DNA of 64,000 bases. It comes from Acidobacteriota bacterium (lineage in GTDB: Bacteria; Acidobacteriota; Thermoanaerobaculia; Multivoradales; UBA5704). A model generated the notes under the pieces. It made no database searches. It was not told the origin of the DNA and worked only from the letters and a program-made list of their open reading frames with translations. Position numbers and translations under genes: made by a program. The stretch is taken from the NCBI GenBank assembly GCA_040005235.1, contig JBDTZG010000003.1, positions 168,093-232,092 of the forward strand, written 5' to 3'. Below, piece after piece: positions 37,717 through 50,397 of the stretch; position 1 is the first letter of the stretch; the number at the start of each line of letters is the position of its first letter.

Positions 37717-38729
37717 TTCCGCCCGGCAGTTTTCCCCACCTGAACGATCCGCTCTGGCTACTCGCCCTGCTGCTGATCCCGTGGATCGCCTGGCGCCACC
37801 AGTCCGAACCGTCGCTCGGCGCCTTGCGCACCAGCCGGGTCGTGGGCGACGCCGGGATCGGCGGCGCCTGGCGCCTGCACTTGCCGTTTTACGCCCGGCT
37901 GCTGGCGCTCGCGCTGATGTTCGTGGCGCTCGCCCGGCCGCAGCTGGGCTATGCGGTCGAAGAGAGCAAGACGCAGGGGATCGACATCCAGATCGCGCTC
38001 GACATCTCGGGCAGCATGGCGGCCGAGGACTACCGGCCGAACAACCGCCTGAGCGTCGCCAAACAGGTGGTCGCCGAGTTCATCGATCGCCGCCCTTCCG
38101 ACCGGATCGGCCTGGTGATGTTTGCGGGCAAGGCCATGGCCCGCGCGCCGCTCACCACCGATCGCGACATGCTCCACCGGGTGCTCGCGGCGGTCGACTT
38201 CAACGACACGCCCGACGGCACGGCGATCGGCGTGGCGCTCGCCAACGCCGCGGCCCGCTTGCAGAAGAGCCCGGCTAAAAGCCGCGTCATCATCCTGGTC
38301 ACCGACGGCGCCAACAATGCGGGCGAAATCGATCCGGCTTCGGCCGCAGCGGTGTGCAGCGGCCTGGGGATCAAGGTCTATACCGTGGGCGTCGGCACCG
38401 CGACAGACGGTCCGGTCCTGGTGCCGTTCCCGGTCACCGATCCGTTCACCGGCAAGCGGGTGATCCGCCGAGTGCCGATGATGCTGCCGGTCGACGCGCC
38501 GCTGCTCGGAGCGATCGCCAAGCGCACCGGCGGCCGGTTCTGGAAAGCGACCGACGCGGGTAGCCTGCGCCGGATCTTGAGCGAGATCGACCGGTTGGAA
38601 AAGACGCCCCTCCAGGTCAAGCGCTACGTCCGCTATCGCGAGGCGAATTCGCCGCTGCTCTGGGCCTCGCTGGGATTCCTTCTCTTACCGCTCGCCACCG
38701 CGGGCGCCCGGATCACCGCCGAGCCATGA
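37713..38729 (+). CDS. BatA-like VWA protein
   Basis: ALARPQ, DISGSM MIDAS motif, GTAIG, LVTDGANNAGEIDP. Confidence 0.92.
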   Translation: MIPPGSFPHLNDPLWLLALLLIPWIAWRHQSEPSLGALRTSRVVGDAGIGGAWRLHLPFYARLLALALMFVALARPQLGYAVEESKTQGIDIQIALDISGSMAAEDYRPNNRLSVAKQVVAEFIDRRPSDRIGLVMFAGKAMARAPLTTDRDMLHRVLAAVDFNDTPDGTAIGVALANAAARLQKSPAKSRVIILVTDGANNAGEIDPASAAAVCSGLGIKVYTVGVGTATDGPVLVPFPVTDPFTGKRVIRRVPMMLPVDAPLLGAIAKRTGGRFWKATDAGSLRRILSEIDRLEKTPLQVKRYVRYREANSPLLWASLGFLLLPLATAGARITAEP

Positions 38730-39823
38730 GCTTCGCCGAACCGACCCTCCTCGCCCTGGCGCTGCTCGCCCCTTTAGCGGCCGCCTTGGCGCTCTGGCTC
38801 TGGCGCCGGCGCCTGGCTGCCGACGCCGCTTGGGCGGCTCCCGGTCTCTGGGTGCGCCTGGCGCGCCGGACCTCGCAGAAGCGCATCGGCCTGGCGGTGG
38901 CCGCCCTCGCCCTCGCCGTGTTGGGCGCCGCGCTGGCGCTCGCCCGGCCGCGCTGGGGGATCTCGTCCGAACCGGTCGAGCGGCGCGGCGTGGACGTCGT
39001 GTTCGTGCTCGACTCTTCCCTTTCGATGGCGGCGTTCGACGTCGCGCCGAACCGGCTGGAGACCGCGAAGACTCTTCTGCGCCGGCTCGCCGCCGCGATG
39101 CCCGAAAACCGGCTCGGACTGGTCCAGACCGAAGGCGAAGGGATCGCGCTGTCGCCGTTGACGCTCGACGCCGCGGCGATCGACCTGATGCTCGACACGG
39201 TCGAGCCGGGCTCGCTCTCGGTGCCCGGCACGGAGCTTTCGACCGGCCTGTCCCGCGCGATCGGCCTGTTTCCCGAAGGGGGCGAGCGCCACCGCGCGAT
39301 CGTCCTGCTTTCGGACGGCGAGGATCACCGCGGCGACCTCGACGGCGAGATCGAAAAGCTCAAGAAAGCCGGCATCGTGCTGTCGGCGATCGGCATCGGC
39401 ACCGCCGCGGGCGGCCCGCTCAAGGTTTCGGGAGCCGACGACGGCGAGTCGCCGAATCCCAACCCTGACGGGTTCAAACGCGATCGCGACGGCCAGGTGG
39501 TGATCAGCCGGCTGCACGAAGACGCGCTCGAAAAGATGGCGCACGACACCGACGGCATCTACCTGCGGGCGGCCAACGCCGGTCTCGACCCGGCGCCGAT
39601 CGCGCGGAGGATCGCGGCGATCGGCGGCCGCACCTACGCCAAGGACCAGGTCGAGGCGCTTAAAGAGCGGTTCCAATGGCCGCTCGGCCTCGCCGCGCTC
39701 GCCCTCCTGCTCCACCTCTCGGTGCGGCCGTTCGCCTCCGGATCGCAGACCGAGCGGACGGCGCGCGCCGCCATCCCTCCGGCCCGGGCGCCCCGGGCTT
39801 CCCAGGGGGAGACCGCGCGATGA
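38726..39823 (+). CDS. BatB-like VWA protein
   Basis: ALARPRWG, DSSLSM, LLSDGEDH, ERFQWPL. Confidence 0.9.
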   Translation: MSFAEPTLLALALLAPLAAALALWLWRRRLAADAAWAAPGLWVRLARRTSQKRIGLAVAALALAVLGAALALARPRWGISSEPVERRGVDVVFVLDSSLSMAAFDVAPNRLETAKTLLRRLAAAMPENRLGLVQTEGEGIALSPLTLDAAAIDLMLDTVEPGSLSVPGTELSTGLSRAIGLFPEGGERHRAIVLLSDGEDHRGDLDGEIEKLKKAGIVLSAIGIGTAAGGPLKVSGADDGESPNPNPDGFKRDRDGQVVISRLHEDALEKMAHDTDGIYLRAANAGLDPAPIARRIAAIGGRTYAKDQVEALKERFQWPLGLAALALLLHLSVRPFASGSQTERTARAAIPPARAPRASQGETAR

Positions 39824-40707
39824 AATGGGCCGCCCTGGCGCTCTCCGCCACGCTCGCCTTCGCCGAGCCGTTCTCCCTGCCGTTCGGCCTTCATCTGCCG
39901 CTCTGGGCGGAGCGAATCCTCTGGAATCCGCGCGAGCGGACCGAACGGGCGCTCGACGAGCTGAAGCCTCAAGGCGGCGCCCAGGGAGCGGGAGAAGCCG
40001 ACGAGAAGAGCCGCAAGGCCGCGGCCGGCAGGGCTCTGCCCGCCGCCGAGACCGCCCTGCGACTCTCGCCCGACGACCCGACGGTTCAATACGACGCCGG
40101 CACCGTGCAACTGCTCGCCGGCAAGAACCGCGATGCCGTAAAAACGCTCGACCGCGCGGCGCACGCGGCTCCCGCAACGCTTGCCGCCGACGCGCAGTTC
40201 AACCTCGGCACGGGCAAGCTCGCGGCGGGCGATGCGGCGGGCGCGGTGGAAGCGCTCGAACAGGCGCTGCGCCTCGACCCCCATCACGCGGCGGCCAAGC
40301 ACAACCTGGAGCTGGCCCTGATCGAGCGCGAGAAGGAGCATCTGCGCACCAAGAAGCCGAAAGACGGCTCGAAGGGCGACCGGGCCGGCGATCATGAAAC
40401 CGGCCCCAAGAACGGCGGCGACGAACCGCCTACGGGCAAGCCGAATCAGAAGCCGCAGACGGAAGGGCAGCCGCCCAAGCCGCAACCCGGCCAGGACGGC
40501 CGGCCGCAGCCGGGCCAACGCCCCCAGACGCCCGGGGCCGGCGACGACCTGCTCGACCGATTCCGCGAGCAGCCCGACATGAACGCCCGGGAGGCCGCGG
40601 CGATCCTCCGCTCGGTCGAGCGGCTGGAGCGCGAGCAGCGCCGGGCGGAAGCCCAGAAGCGCGCCCGCGCCGCCGCGGCACAGGACGTCGATTGGCAGGA
40701 TTGGTGA
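39820..40707 (+). CDS. BatC-like TPR protein
   Basis: FNLGT...EQALRLDP...AKHNLELA TPR followed by a Q/P/K-rich tail ending in DW. Confidence 0.85.
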   Translation: MKWAALALSATLAFAEPFSLPFGLHLPLWAERILWNPRERTERALDELKPQGGAQGAGEADEKSRKAAAGRALPAAETALRLSPDDPTVQYDAGTVQLLAGKNRDAVKTLDRAAHAAPATLAADAQFNLGTGKLAAGDAAGAVEALEQALRLDPHHAAAKHNLELALIEREKEHLRTKKPKDGSKGDRAGDHETGPKNGGDEPPTGKPNQKPQTEGQPPKPQPGQDGRPQPGQRPQTPGAGDDLLDRFREQPDMNAREAAAILRSVERLEREQRRAEAQKRARAAAAQDVDWQDW

Positions 40708-40715
40708 CCGCCGCC

Positions 40716-42737
40716 ATGAAACGTTCCCGTCGCACCTCAGGACACTTGGCACTCGCCCTCTTCGCCCTGGCCCCCGGGTTGTTCCTACCGGTCGCGGCGC
40801 GGGCGGCGGCGCAGGTGACCCTTCAGGTCCGCCTGCAACCCGAACGGATCGGCGTGGGCGAGACCGCGACGCTCATCTTCGAAGCGCGCACCGGGCTCTC
40901 CCGGCTCGACCTGCGGCCGAGCTTCGCGCTGGAGAACCTGGAGATCCTCTCGGGGCCCTCGCAGGCCGACGAGATGAGGGTCGAAAACGGTCTGTTCAGC
41001 CGGACGATCCGCCTCAGTTGGAAGGTCCGGCCGCTGGGCGTCGGTCCCGCCCGGGCCCATTCGATCCACGTCGAGCTGGGCGGCCGGGTGGTCGCGATGC
41101 CGACCCAGTCGATCCAGGTGCAGCAGGAACCGACCGGCCAGAACCAGGCCGAGGACGAAGCGCCGTTCGGCGCGGAAGATCCGTTCGAGCGGCTGTTCGG
41201 CCCGATGCCTTGGCAGCGCCCGGCTGCGCCCCGGTCGCCCGGTCCGAACGAGCCGCCGTTGGCGTTCGTTCGCGCCGAGGTGTCCAACGACCATCCGTTC
41301 GTCAACCAGCAGGTGCTCTACACGATCTACCTCTACTCGCGGATCGAGGTCTCTGCCGTCAATCCGCTTTCGACCCCCGAGCTGCGCGGCTTCTGGGCGC
41401 GCGAGATCCCGTTGCCCGAGCGGTTGCCGACCGAGATCGTGTCGCTCGGCGACGTCCGCTACGGCCGGGTCCCGCTCCTGCGCCGGGTCCTGTTTCCGCT
41501 CCGGGCAGGTCTCCACGTCTTCGAGCCGGTGCGCTTCCAGATCGCCACGATGCAGGTGCCGCAAGGGCTTCCCCAGAGCTTCTTTTCGCCCTCCTTCGCG
41601 CGGCCGATGGCGTCCGATCTGTCGACTGCGCCGCTCTCGCTCGATGTCCGGCCGCTGCCCGAAGGGCCGGCCGGCTACCAGGGGGCGGTCGGACCGCTGG
41701 CCCTCTCGGCCACGCTCGAACCGCACGTCCTGCGCGTCGGCGAAGCCGCAACCTTGCAGGTCCGCCTCGCGGGAAGCGGCAATCTCCAGGGGCTGCCGGC
41801 CCCCCACCTCGCTTTGCCCGCGGGGCTGCACTCCCTGCCGCCGCATGAAGGGGGGACGGATCGCTCGAACGGCACGAGCCTCCGCACCTGGACCTACGTG
41901 GTGATTCCAGATCGCGCCGGCACCTTCCACGTGGACCCGCCCGCGGTGCCCTATTTCGATCCGACCGAGGCGGCATTTGAGCGCGCGGAAAGCCCGCCGC
42001 TGGCGCTCGAAGCGCATGCTCCGGCGCCGGTCGTCGCCGCGGCCGGGGCTCCCCGCCCAGGCAGGCCGGCGCGCCCCTCCGCGGCCGGAACCGGCGGCAA
42101 CGCTCAGGGCCGGCGCTCGGCGATCGACTCGGCCAAGAGTGCGCTCGCCGACCCGGGCGCCCTCCCCTGGGTGATCGGCGGGACCGGCCTGCTCGCCCTG
42201 ATCTCCGGCCTCGCCTGGTCCAAGCGCTCCGGGCCGCGGAGCGACGAAACCCTGCGCCGCTTCCGGGCCGAGGTCGCCGCAGCTCTCACCGAGGAGCGTC
42301 CCCGCCGCACCGCGGCGCTGCTCGAATCGGCTTGGGGGCACCTGTTGGCCGCCCGCTGGCAGCTCGACGGCCCCCTCCCCGGCTCCGGTTGGCAGAGCGC
42401 CGCGCACCAGCGAGGCCTGGCTCCGGCGCTCAAGGTAGAGCTCGGCCGGATCGCCGAAGACCTCCACTTCCTGCACACCGCGCCCCAGCTTTCGAGCGCC
42501 GAAGCGTTGCGCGACGAGATCGTCGAACGCTCCCTGCGCCTGGCCGGCGACCTGTCGCGCCCGCGAGGTCATCTGCTATCTTCTGTGCTCAAACAACCGG
42601 GTTTCCGAGTCGATCGAGGGACGACCTCCCGACCATGGCTACGATCATCAGAGCTTTCGATCCCTTCCGGATCTTCCGGCGGTGCACCGCGTGACGCCTC
42701 GGCGGGAGGCGAGCCTGCGCGGCGCGGTCTGCCATAG
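40716..42737 (+). CDS. BatD-like protein
   Basis: Signal peptide, Ig-like repeats, YQGAVG, GSGNL, PYFDP, and a TM segment near the C-terminus. Confidence 0.85.
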   Translation: MKRSRRTSGHLALALFALAPGLFLPVAARAAAQVTLQVRLQPERIGVGETATLIFEARTGLSRLDLRPSFALENLEILSGPSQADEMRVENGLFSRTIRLSWKVRPLGVGPARAHSIHVELGGRVVAMPTQSIQVQQEPTGQNQAEDEAPFGAEDPFERLFGPMPWQRPAAPRSPGPNEPPLAFVRAEVSNDHPFVNQQVLYTIYLYSRIEVSAVNPLSTPELRGFWAREIPLPERLPTEIVSLGDVRYGRVPLLRRVLFPLRAGLHVFEPVRFQIATMQVPQGLPQSFFSPSFARPMASDLSTAPLSLDVRPLPEGPAGYQGAVGPLALSATLEPHVLRVGEAATLQVRLAGSGNLQGLPAPHLALPAGLHSLPPHEGGTDRSNGTSLRTWTYVVIPDRAGTFHVDPPAVPYFDPTEAAFERAESPPLALEAHAPAPVVAAAGAPRPGRPARPSAAGTGGNAQGRRSAIDSAKSALADPGALPWVIGGTGLLALISGLAWSKRSGPRSDETLRRFRAEVAAALTEERPRRTAALLESAWGHLLAARWQLDGPLPGSGWQSAAHQRGLAPALKVELGRIAEDLHFLHTAPQLSSAEALRDEIVERSLRLAGDLSRPRGHLLSSVLKQPGFRVDRGTTSRPWLRSSELSIPSGSSGGAPRDASAGGEPARRGLP

Positions 42738-43860
42738 TCTCGAACCGTACAAGCTCGAACGTTTCCTCGAACGCCGGCGCGCCGGCCGGCAGTTTCCGCT
42801 GGAGTTGTCGCTGGTCGAAAACCTGGCGGAGATCCTGCGCCGGGCCAACGGCTTCGTCCCCTCCGAATCCGGCTCGATCCTGCTCGACGACCCGTCGGCC
42901 AAGCAGACCGACCGGGAGAGCAACAAGCTGACCTTCATCGTCGCGTTCGGCGAGAAGTCCGAGCTGCTGGTCGGCCGGGCGATCCCCGCCGCTTCGAGCA
43001 TCGCCGGCCACGTCTACCTTTCGGGCGAGGTCTACACGACCGCCGAGGCCTCAAACGATCCGTTCTTCTTTCGCGACGTCGACGCCCACACGAAATACCA
43101 GACCCAGTCGCTGATCGCGGTGCCGATCCGCATCGAGCACGAGGTCTGCGGCGTGCTCGAATTGATCAACCGCAAGAACCGCTCGGTCTTTTCCGACCAG
43201 GACAAGAACCTCCTGGAGGTCTTCGCCGGCTACATCTCGATCTCGATCCAGAACGTGCTCGACGGCCGCCAGGCCCAAGAGATCGCCAAGCGCGACAACC
43301 TGACCGGCCTCTACAACGACCGCTACCTCCACGTCGCGATCGCCGACCAGGTCCGGCTCTGCCAGGAATCGGGCGACGACCTGGCGACCCTCTTCTTGGA
43401 TCTCGATTTCTTCAAGCGGGTGAACGATTCTCACGGCCATCTCGCCGGCAGCCAGGTGCTGCGCGAAGTCGGCCGCATCCTCCGCCGCCGCACCGCCGCG
43501 GTGGGCGGCGTCGCGGCCCGCTACGGCGGCGACGAGTTCGTGCTGATCCTCCCCGGCCAGGACCTCGCCGCCGCGATCGACGTCGCGGAAGAAGTCCGCG
43601 CCGAGATCCTCGCCACCACCTTTTGCGATCAGCCCGGCGAGATCCAGCAGGAGGCTCTCCACCTGCGCGGCCTCACCTGCTCCGTGGGGGTGGCGACGAT
43701 CCGCGCCCACGTCCCCGAAGAGCTGTCGTTCGAAGACGCCAAGAGCACCTTGCTGCGCTTGGCCGACACCGCCATGTACGTGGCCAAAGAAACCGGCCGC
43801 AACCGCACCGCGGTGGCCGGCCAGCCGATCCGGCGACGGCCGTTGCAGACGGTTGCGTAG
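42682..43860 (+). CDS. GAF-domain diguanylate cyclase
   Basis: GAF region (SLIAVPI...GVLELIN), DNLTGLYN, DLDFFKRVND, RYGGDEF. Confidence 0.93.
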   Translation: MHRVTPRREASLRGAVCHSLEPYKLERFLERRRAGRQFPLELSLVENLAEILRRANGFVPSESGSILLDDPSAKQTDRESNKLTFIVAFGEKSELLVGRAIPAASSIAGHVYLSGEVYTTAEASNDPFFFRDVDAHTKYQTQSLIAVPIRIEHEVCGVLELINRKNRSVFSDQDKNLLEVFAGYISISIQNVLDGRQAQEIAKRDNLTGLYNDRYLHVAIADQVRLCQESGDDLATLFLDLDFFKRVNDSHGHLAGSQVLREVGRILRRRTAAVGGVAARYGGDEFVLILPGQDLAAAIDVAEEVRAEILATTFCDQPGEIQQEALHLRGLTCSVGVATIRAHVPEELSFEDAKSTLLRLADTAMYVAKETGRNRTAVAGQPIRRRPLQTVA

Positions 43861-43878
43861 GCGGCATCGCGATCACGT

Positions 43879-43907
43879 TTGACTTCCCCCGAGCCCTCAC
43901 GTACGAT
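43879..43907 (+). promoter_or_regulatory. Sigma70 promoter of the tRNA-Val/tRNA-Asp/rpmG unit
   Basis: TTGACT-N17-TACGAT. Confidence 0.7.
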
Positions 43908-43923
43908 CCCGCCCCTCGAAGGA

Positions 43924-43999
43924 GGGAGGTTAGCTCAGGGGTTAGAGCACCTGCCTTACAAGCAGGGGGTCGCGGGTTCAAATCCCTCACCTCCCACCA
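43924..43999 (+). tRNA. tRNA-Val(TAC)
   Basis: GGGAGGTTAGCTCAG...CTGCCTTACAAGCAG...GGTTCAAATCCC...CCTCCCACCA. Confidence 0.96.
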
Positions 44000-44036
44000 C
44001 GGAGCGAATACCTCTCTTTCGATTTCCAGACCATGC

Positions 44037-44113
<77 letters not shown>

Positions 44114-44188
44114 ATCGATCCAAAATCTTTCGGGCCGCCTCCCCGCAGCGGCTCGGACGAGACAGCACTTCCGGAGGTTGCACGACCG

Positions 44189-44344
44189 ATGCGCGACAAG
44201 ATCAAGTTGGTTTCTTCCGCCGGTACCGGCGTCTTCTACACGACGACCAAGAACAAGAAGCTCTCGACCGAGAAACTGCGGCTCAAGAAGTACGATCCGA
44301 AGATCCGCAAGCACGTCGAGTTCGTCGAAGAGAAGATGCGCTAG
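44189..44344 (+). CDS. rpmG: 50S ribosomal protein L33 (Zn-free type)
   Basis: [24 protein letters not shown]...[19 protein letters not shown]. Absent from the ORF track (51 aa). Confidence 0.96.
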   Translation: MRDKIKLVSSAGTGVFYTTTKNKKLSTEKLRLKKYDPKIRKHVEFVEEKMR

Positions 44345-44463
44345 CCTGGCGTATCGGCACCCCCGGATCTACCGCGCCCCGGCCCGCCCTTGGAATTCTC
44401 CTCGGGCGCCGGGGCGTTTCTGTATTCTGACCCCTCTCGAAACTCCTGAAAGGAGACCCCCTC

Positions 44464-45072
44464 ATGCATACGCTGCCTAGTCTTCCCTACGCCTTCGACG
44501 CGTTGGAGCCTCATATCGACGCGAAAACGATGGAAATCCACCACGATAAGCACCATGCCACCTACGTGGCGAAGCTGAACGCCGCCCTGGAGGGTCATGC
44601 GGACTTGGCGGCCAAACCGCTCGAAGATCTCCTACGCGGCATCGATTCTCTGCCCGAGAGCCTCCGCGGACCGGTCAAGAACCATGGCGGCGGCCACGCC
44701 AACCACACGCTGTTCTGGGAAATCATGGGACCGCACGCGGGGGGCGCCCCCTCGGGCAAGCTCGCCGAGGCGATCGACCGCGATTTCGGCAGCTTCGCCG
44801 CTTTCCAGGAGAAGCTGACCAACGCCGCCGCCAACCAGTTCGGCTCCGGCTGGGGCTGGCTGGTCGCCTCCGGCGGCAAACTGGAAGTGGTCGCCCGGCC
44901 GAACCAGGACAGCCCGTTGATGGAAGGCAAGACTCCCCTGCTCGGCGTCGACGTCTGGGAGCACGCCTACTACCTCCAGTACCAGAACCGGCGCCCAGAC
45001 TACCTCTCCGCTTGGTGGAACGTCATCAACTGGGCGGCGGTCGGCGGTAAATTCGACCACGCCCACGCCTAA
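44464..45072 (+). CDS. Mn/Fe superoxide dismutase
   Basis: [36 protein letters not shown]. Confidence 0.97.
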   Translation: MHTLPSLPYAFDALEPHIDAKTMEIHHDKHHATYVAKLNAALEGHADLAAKPLEDLLRGIDSLPESLRGPVKNHGGGHANHTLFWEIMGPHAGGAPSGKLAEAIDRDFGSFAAFQEKLTNAAANQFGSGWGWLVASGGKLEVVARPNQDSPLMEGKTPLLGVDVWEHAYYLQYQNRRPDYLSAWWNVINWAAVGGKFDHAHA

Positions 45073-45315
45073 CCTCCATCTTGGGGGGCTCCGAGGGACA
45101 TTTCGGAGCCCCACCCCTCTGCCGCAATTCCAGCCGCGCGAAGACTGAACTTCTAGTTATAGAGAAGTTTGCACCTTTATGCCCAAAAAGAGAGCAGATA
45201 CCTAGCTCTAGATGCGCGCAAATCCAAGTCGCCGCCAATCCTTCCTATCTACACTTCTGGCAACAACGGGACGCATGGGTCGGTCGTGACCCTGCACCAA
45301 CAAGGAGGCTGTGCG

Positions 45316-45639
45316 ATGGCGATCATTGACCGCAGCGTAAGTTTCGGGCGTGAAGAGCGACATCTCACCAAAGTGTTCAAGGCTCTCTCCGACGGCACCC
45401 GTCAAGAGATCCTCCGCCTTCTGGAGACCAACCAGAGGACGGTCGGCGAGATCGTCGGTAATTTCAACCTCTCCCAGCCCACGATCTCGCGGCATCTTTC
45501 GGTGCTCAAGGAAGCGGATCTCGTTTTAGATCAGCGTCACGGACAAAACGTTATTTACCGTCTGAACGACCAGATGCTCTCCACCTCGATGCGCGATTTC
45601 TTCGGCCAGTTCCGCAGCTGTCAAGAGTCGTTGCGCTAG
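45316..45639 (+). CDS. ArsR/SmtB-family transcription factor
   Basis: FKALSDGTRQEIL, LSQPTISRHLSVLKEADLV. Confidence 0.9.
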   Translation: MAIIDRSVSFGREERHLTKVFKALSDGTRQEILRLLETNQRTVGEIVGNFNLSQPTISRHLSVLKEADLVLDQRHGQNVIYRLNDQMLSTSMRDFFGQFRSCQESLR

Positions 45640-45778
45640 AGTCTTTCAGTTGGAGATCAGCCCCCGGGCCGGCAGAGCGTACCCGCCCGCTCGGGGGGCG
45701 GCGTTTTGAGCTCCATCCTGGCGCCCTCGACGCCATCTCGGTATAATCTTCCCTCCAGGGGTATCCCCCTCGTTTTTC

Positions 45779-45855
45779 GGCGGTGTAGCTCAGTTGGTCA
45801 GAGCAAGCGGCTCATATCCGCTGTGTCGGGGGTTCAAGTCCCTTCACCGCCACCA
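45779..45855 (+). tRNA. tRNA with CAT anticodon, probably elongator tRNA-Met
   Basis: GGCGGTGTAGCTCAG...GCGGCTCATATCCGC...CACCGCCACCA with a paired G1-C72. TATAAT lies upstream at 45742. Confidence 0.93.
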
Positions 45856-45869
45856 TCCTGTCCCAACGG

Positions 45870-47404
45870 ATGAACCTACTCGCGACCCTCCGGGATTTTT
45901 TCGCCCGCCCGGAGCTTTCCACGCCCTCTCCCCTGCTGGTCGCCTTTTCCGGCGGCGTCGATTCGACCGCGCTGCTGGCCGGCTTGGCCGCCCTCAGAGA
46001 CCAGGGCTCGGCGTCGATCACGCAGCTCTTTGCCGCCCACCTCGATCACGCGGGCCACAGGGGGGACGCCGGCTCCGCGGAGCGCGCGGGCCGCGCCCAA
46101 TCCATCGCCGAACGCCTGGGCGTGCCGTTCCTGGCCGAGCGCCGCGACGTCGCCGCGCTAAGCCTTCCGAGCGAGAGCTGGGAGAGCGCGGCTCGGCGCA
46201 TCCGCTACGAGTTCCTCGAAGAGGCGCGCGCGGCCTGCGGCGCAGGCCGGATCGCCCTCGCCCATCATCGCGACGATCAGGCGGAGACCGTGCTGCTGCG
46301 CCTGCTGCTCGGCTCTGGGCTTTTCGGTTTGGCCGCGATGCGCCCGGTCCATGGCGCCAAAGTCCGCCCGCTGCTGGGGCTGCCCAAGACGGAGCTGGCC
46401 GCCTATGTTCGATCCCTTAGAATCGCGCCGACCGAAGACCCCTCGAATCGCGAGCTCGCTGCACTGCGCAATCGCATTCGCCACCGGCTGCTCCCCGCGC
46501 TCTGCGAATTCGAGCGCCTGCCCGATCTTCCGGTCCGGCTCTCCCGGCTCGCCGAACGGGCGGCCGGAGCCTCCGACCGGATCTCCTCTCTGCTGGCGGA
46601 ACGCTTTCCCGGACTCCAAACCGAGACGCCGTTTCTCGATCGCGAAGCTCTCCGCGGCCTGCCTCCCGAGCTGCTTCCCTTCGCCCTCGGGGCCCTCCAC
46701 CGGGCTTCCGGACTGCCGCTGCCGCCGAGCCGCAATGCCATCGCGGAAGTCGCCCGGCAACTCGCCGATTCGAGGGGAGAACAGCGGGCGGGAGCGGCCC
46801 TCGGCCGCCGTAGGCGCTGGCGGATCGGCATCGATCGGCTATGGATCGAGACCCTTCTCCCGGCCGAATCGGCCGATCCGTCCGAAATCTCAGGTTTCAC
46901 GTATACTTTTTTGGCTCCGGGACGTATAGAAGTACCGGAGGCGGGCGTGGCGGTGACCCTGCGCCGAGGCGAGCTCGCGGCCTGGATGTTGCTTGGAGAA
47001 ACGGAGCGTGCCGGTTTGGTGCTTCCGCTCGCCGCCGACCCGATGGTCGAAATTCGCAGTCGAAGACCGGGCGACCGACTCCGCCCTCTGGGCGCACCGG
47101 GGACCCGCAAATTGAAAGAGCTCTTGATCGATCGTCACATCGACCCTACCCGCCGCGATTCCCTGCCGCTTCTTTGCGTCGGGGGCTCGATCGCCTGGGT
47201 GCCGGGTGTCGCGATCGACGACCGATTTCGCGTGCGCGGCTCAGAAGAAGCGGTTTGGATCGCCGAGATCGAACCGTTGTCCCGCCCTTTTGAATCGACG
47301 CTCTCGACCGGCAAGCCCCGCGCCACCGGGAATCCCCAGGCGCAGGGCGCCGTTACTCCGATGGAACGCGAGCCCTTTGCGCTCGCCCATGAGGTAGCCG
47401 AACT

Positions 47405-47408
<4 letters not shown>
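45870..47408 (+). CDS. tilS: tRNA(Ile)-lysidine synthetase
   Basis: [38 protein letters not shown], and the C-terminal domain. Confidence 0.95.
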
Positions 47409-49348
<1,940 letters not shown>

Positions 49349-49455
49349 TGGCGTCGACTTTCCTTTTCGATGGAGAATCTCTACGGCGGAGCCTCCGGGC
49401 TCCGCCGTCGTCGCGCCAAGCGGTAGACTGAAGCTCTAACGTTGCTCGTCCACTC

Positions 49456-50397
49456 ATGACGATCGCCCCTCCCGAAGCTCCTCCCCGCCCCTCTTCCCTG
49501 CGACTTCCGCGCGGACGCCGGCTCGATCTGTCGGGCCGGCCGAAGGTGATGGGGATCGTCAATCTCACCCCCGATTCGTTCAGCGACGGCGGCATCCACT
49601 TCGACGCCCAAGATCCGCATCGAGCGGTGGCGGCCGCCCTGGCGCTGCTCGACCAAGGAGCCGACCTGCTGGACCTCGGCGCGGAGTCGACCCGGCCGGG
49701 CGGCGGGGTCTACGGCGAAGGGGCGCGCGCGCTCTCGGCCGAGGAGGAGATCGACCGCCTCCTGCCGGTGCTCGAAGCGCTCCGAGCGGCGACCGACGCC
49801 CCCCTCTCGGTCGATACCCGAAAAGGTGCCGTGGCGCGCGCGGCGCTGCGAGCCGGGGCGGACCTGATCAACGACGTGTCGGCCCTTGGCGATCCCGACC
49901 TAGCGCAAGCGCTCGCCGAGCCCGCCGCCGCCGGCTGCCCGGTGGTCCTGATGCACAGCCGGGGCGATCTTTCGACCATGCAGATCGGCATTCGGTTCGA
50001 CGACGCAGCCGCCGAAGTGACCGCGGAGCTTGGATCGGCGCTCGACCGTGCCGAAGCCGCGGGCATTGCGCGCGAGCGGACGATCGTCGACCCCGGCATC
50101 GGCTTCGGCAAAGGGCGGTGGCACAACCTGGAGCTGATCGGCCGGCTCGACGCACTCGCCTCCCTCGGCCGCCCGATCCTGCTCGGCGCGAGCCGCAAGA
50201 GCTTTCTCGCCCAAGCCGGCGCGCGGCCGGGAGACCGCGTTGCCGGAGCGATCGGGCCGGGCGAACGTCTCGGCGGCAGCCTAGCCGCCGCCGGTTGGGG
50301 CGCTCTGCTCGGCGCCGCGATCCTGCGCGTCCACGACGTCGCGGCGACCGTGCAGTTTCTCGACGTCTGGGCCGCGATCCGCGAGGCGCGCGCATGA
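49456..50397 (+). CDS. folP: Dihydropteroate synthase
   Basis: MGIVNLTPDSFSDGG, GAESTRPG, DPGIGFGK, SRKSF, RVHDV. Confidence 0.96.
   Translation: MTIAPPEAPPRPSSLRLPRGRRLDLSGRPKVMGIVNLTPDSFSDGGIHFDAQDPHRAVAAALALLDQGADLLDLGAESTRPGGGVYGEGARALSAEEEIDRLLPVLEALRAATDAPLSVDTRKGAVARAALRAGADLINDVSALGDPDLAQALAEPAAAGCPVVLMHSRGDLSTMQIGIRFDDAAAEVTAELGSALDRAEAAGIARERTIVDPGIGFGKGRWHNLELIGRLDALASLGRPILLGASRKSFLAQAGARPGDRVAGAIGPGERLGGSLAAAGWGALLGAAILRVHDVAATVQFLDVWAAIREARA

Noticed and set aside
45779-45855. CAT tRNA next to tilS as the TilS substrate tRNA-Ile2
   Set aside because: The acceptor stem GGCGGTG resembles elongator Met and lacks the C4/C5 pattern I recall for Ile2. Not decisive without a tRNA classifier.
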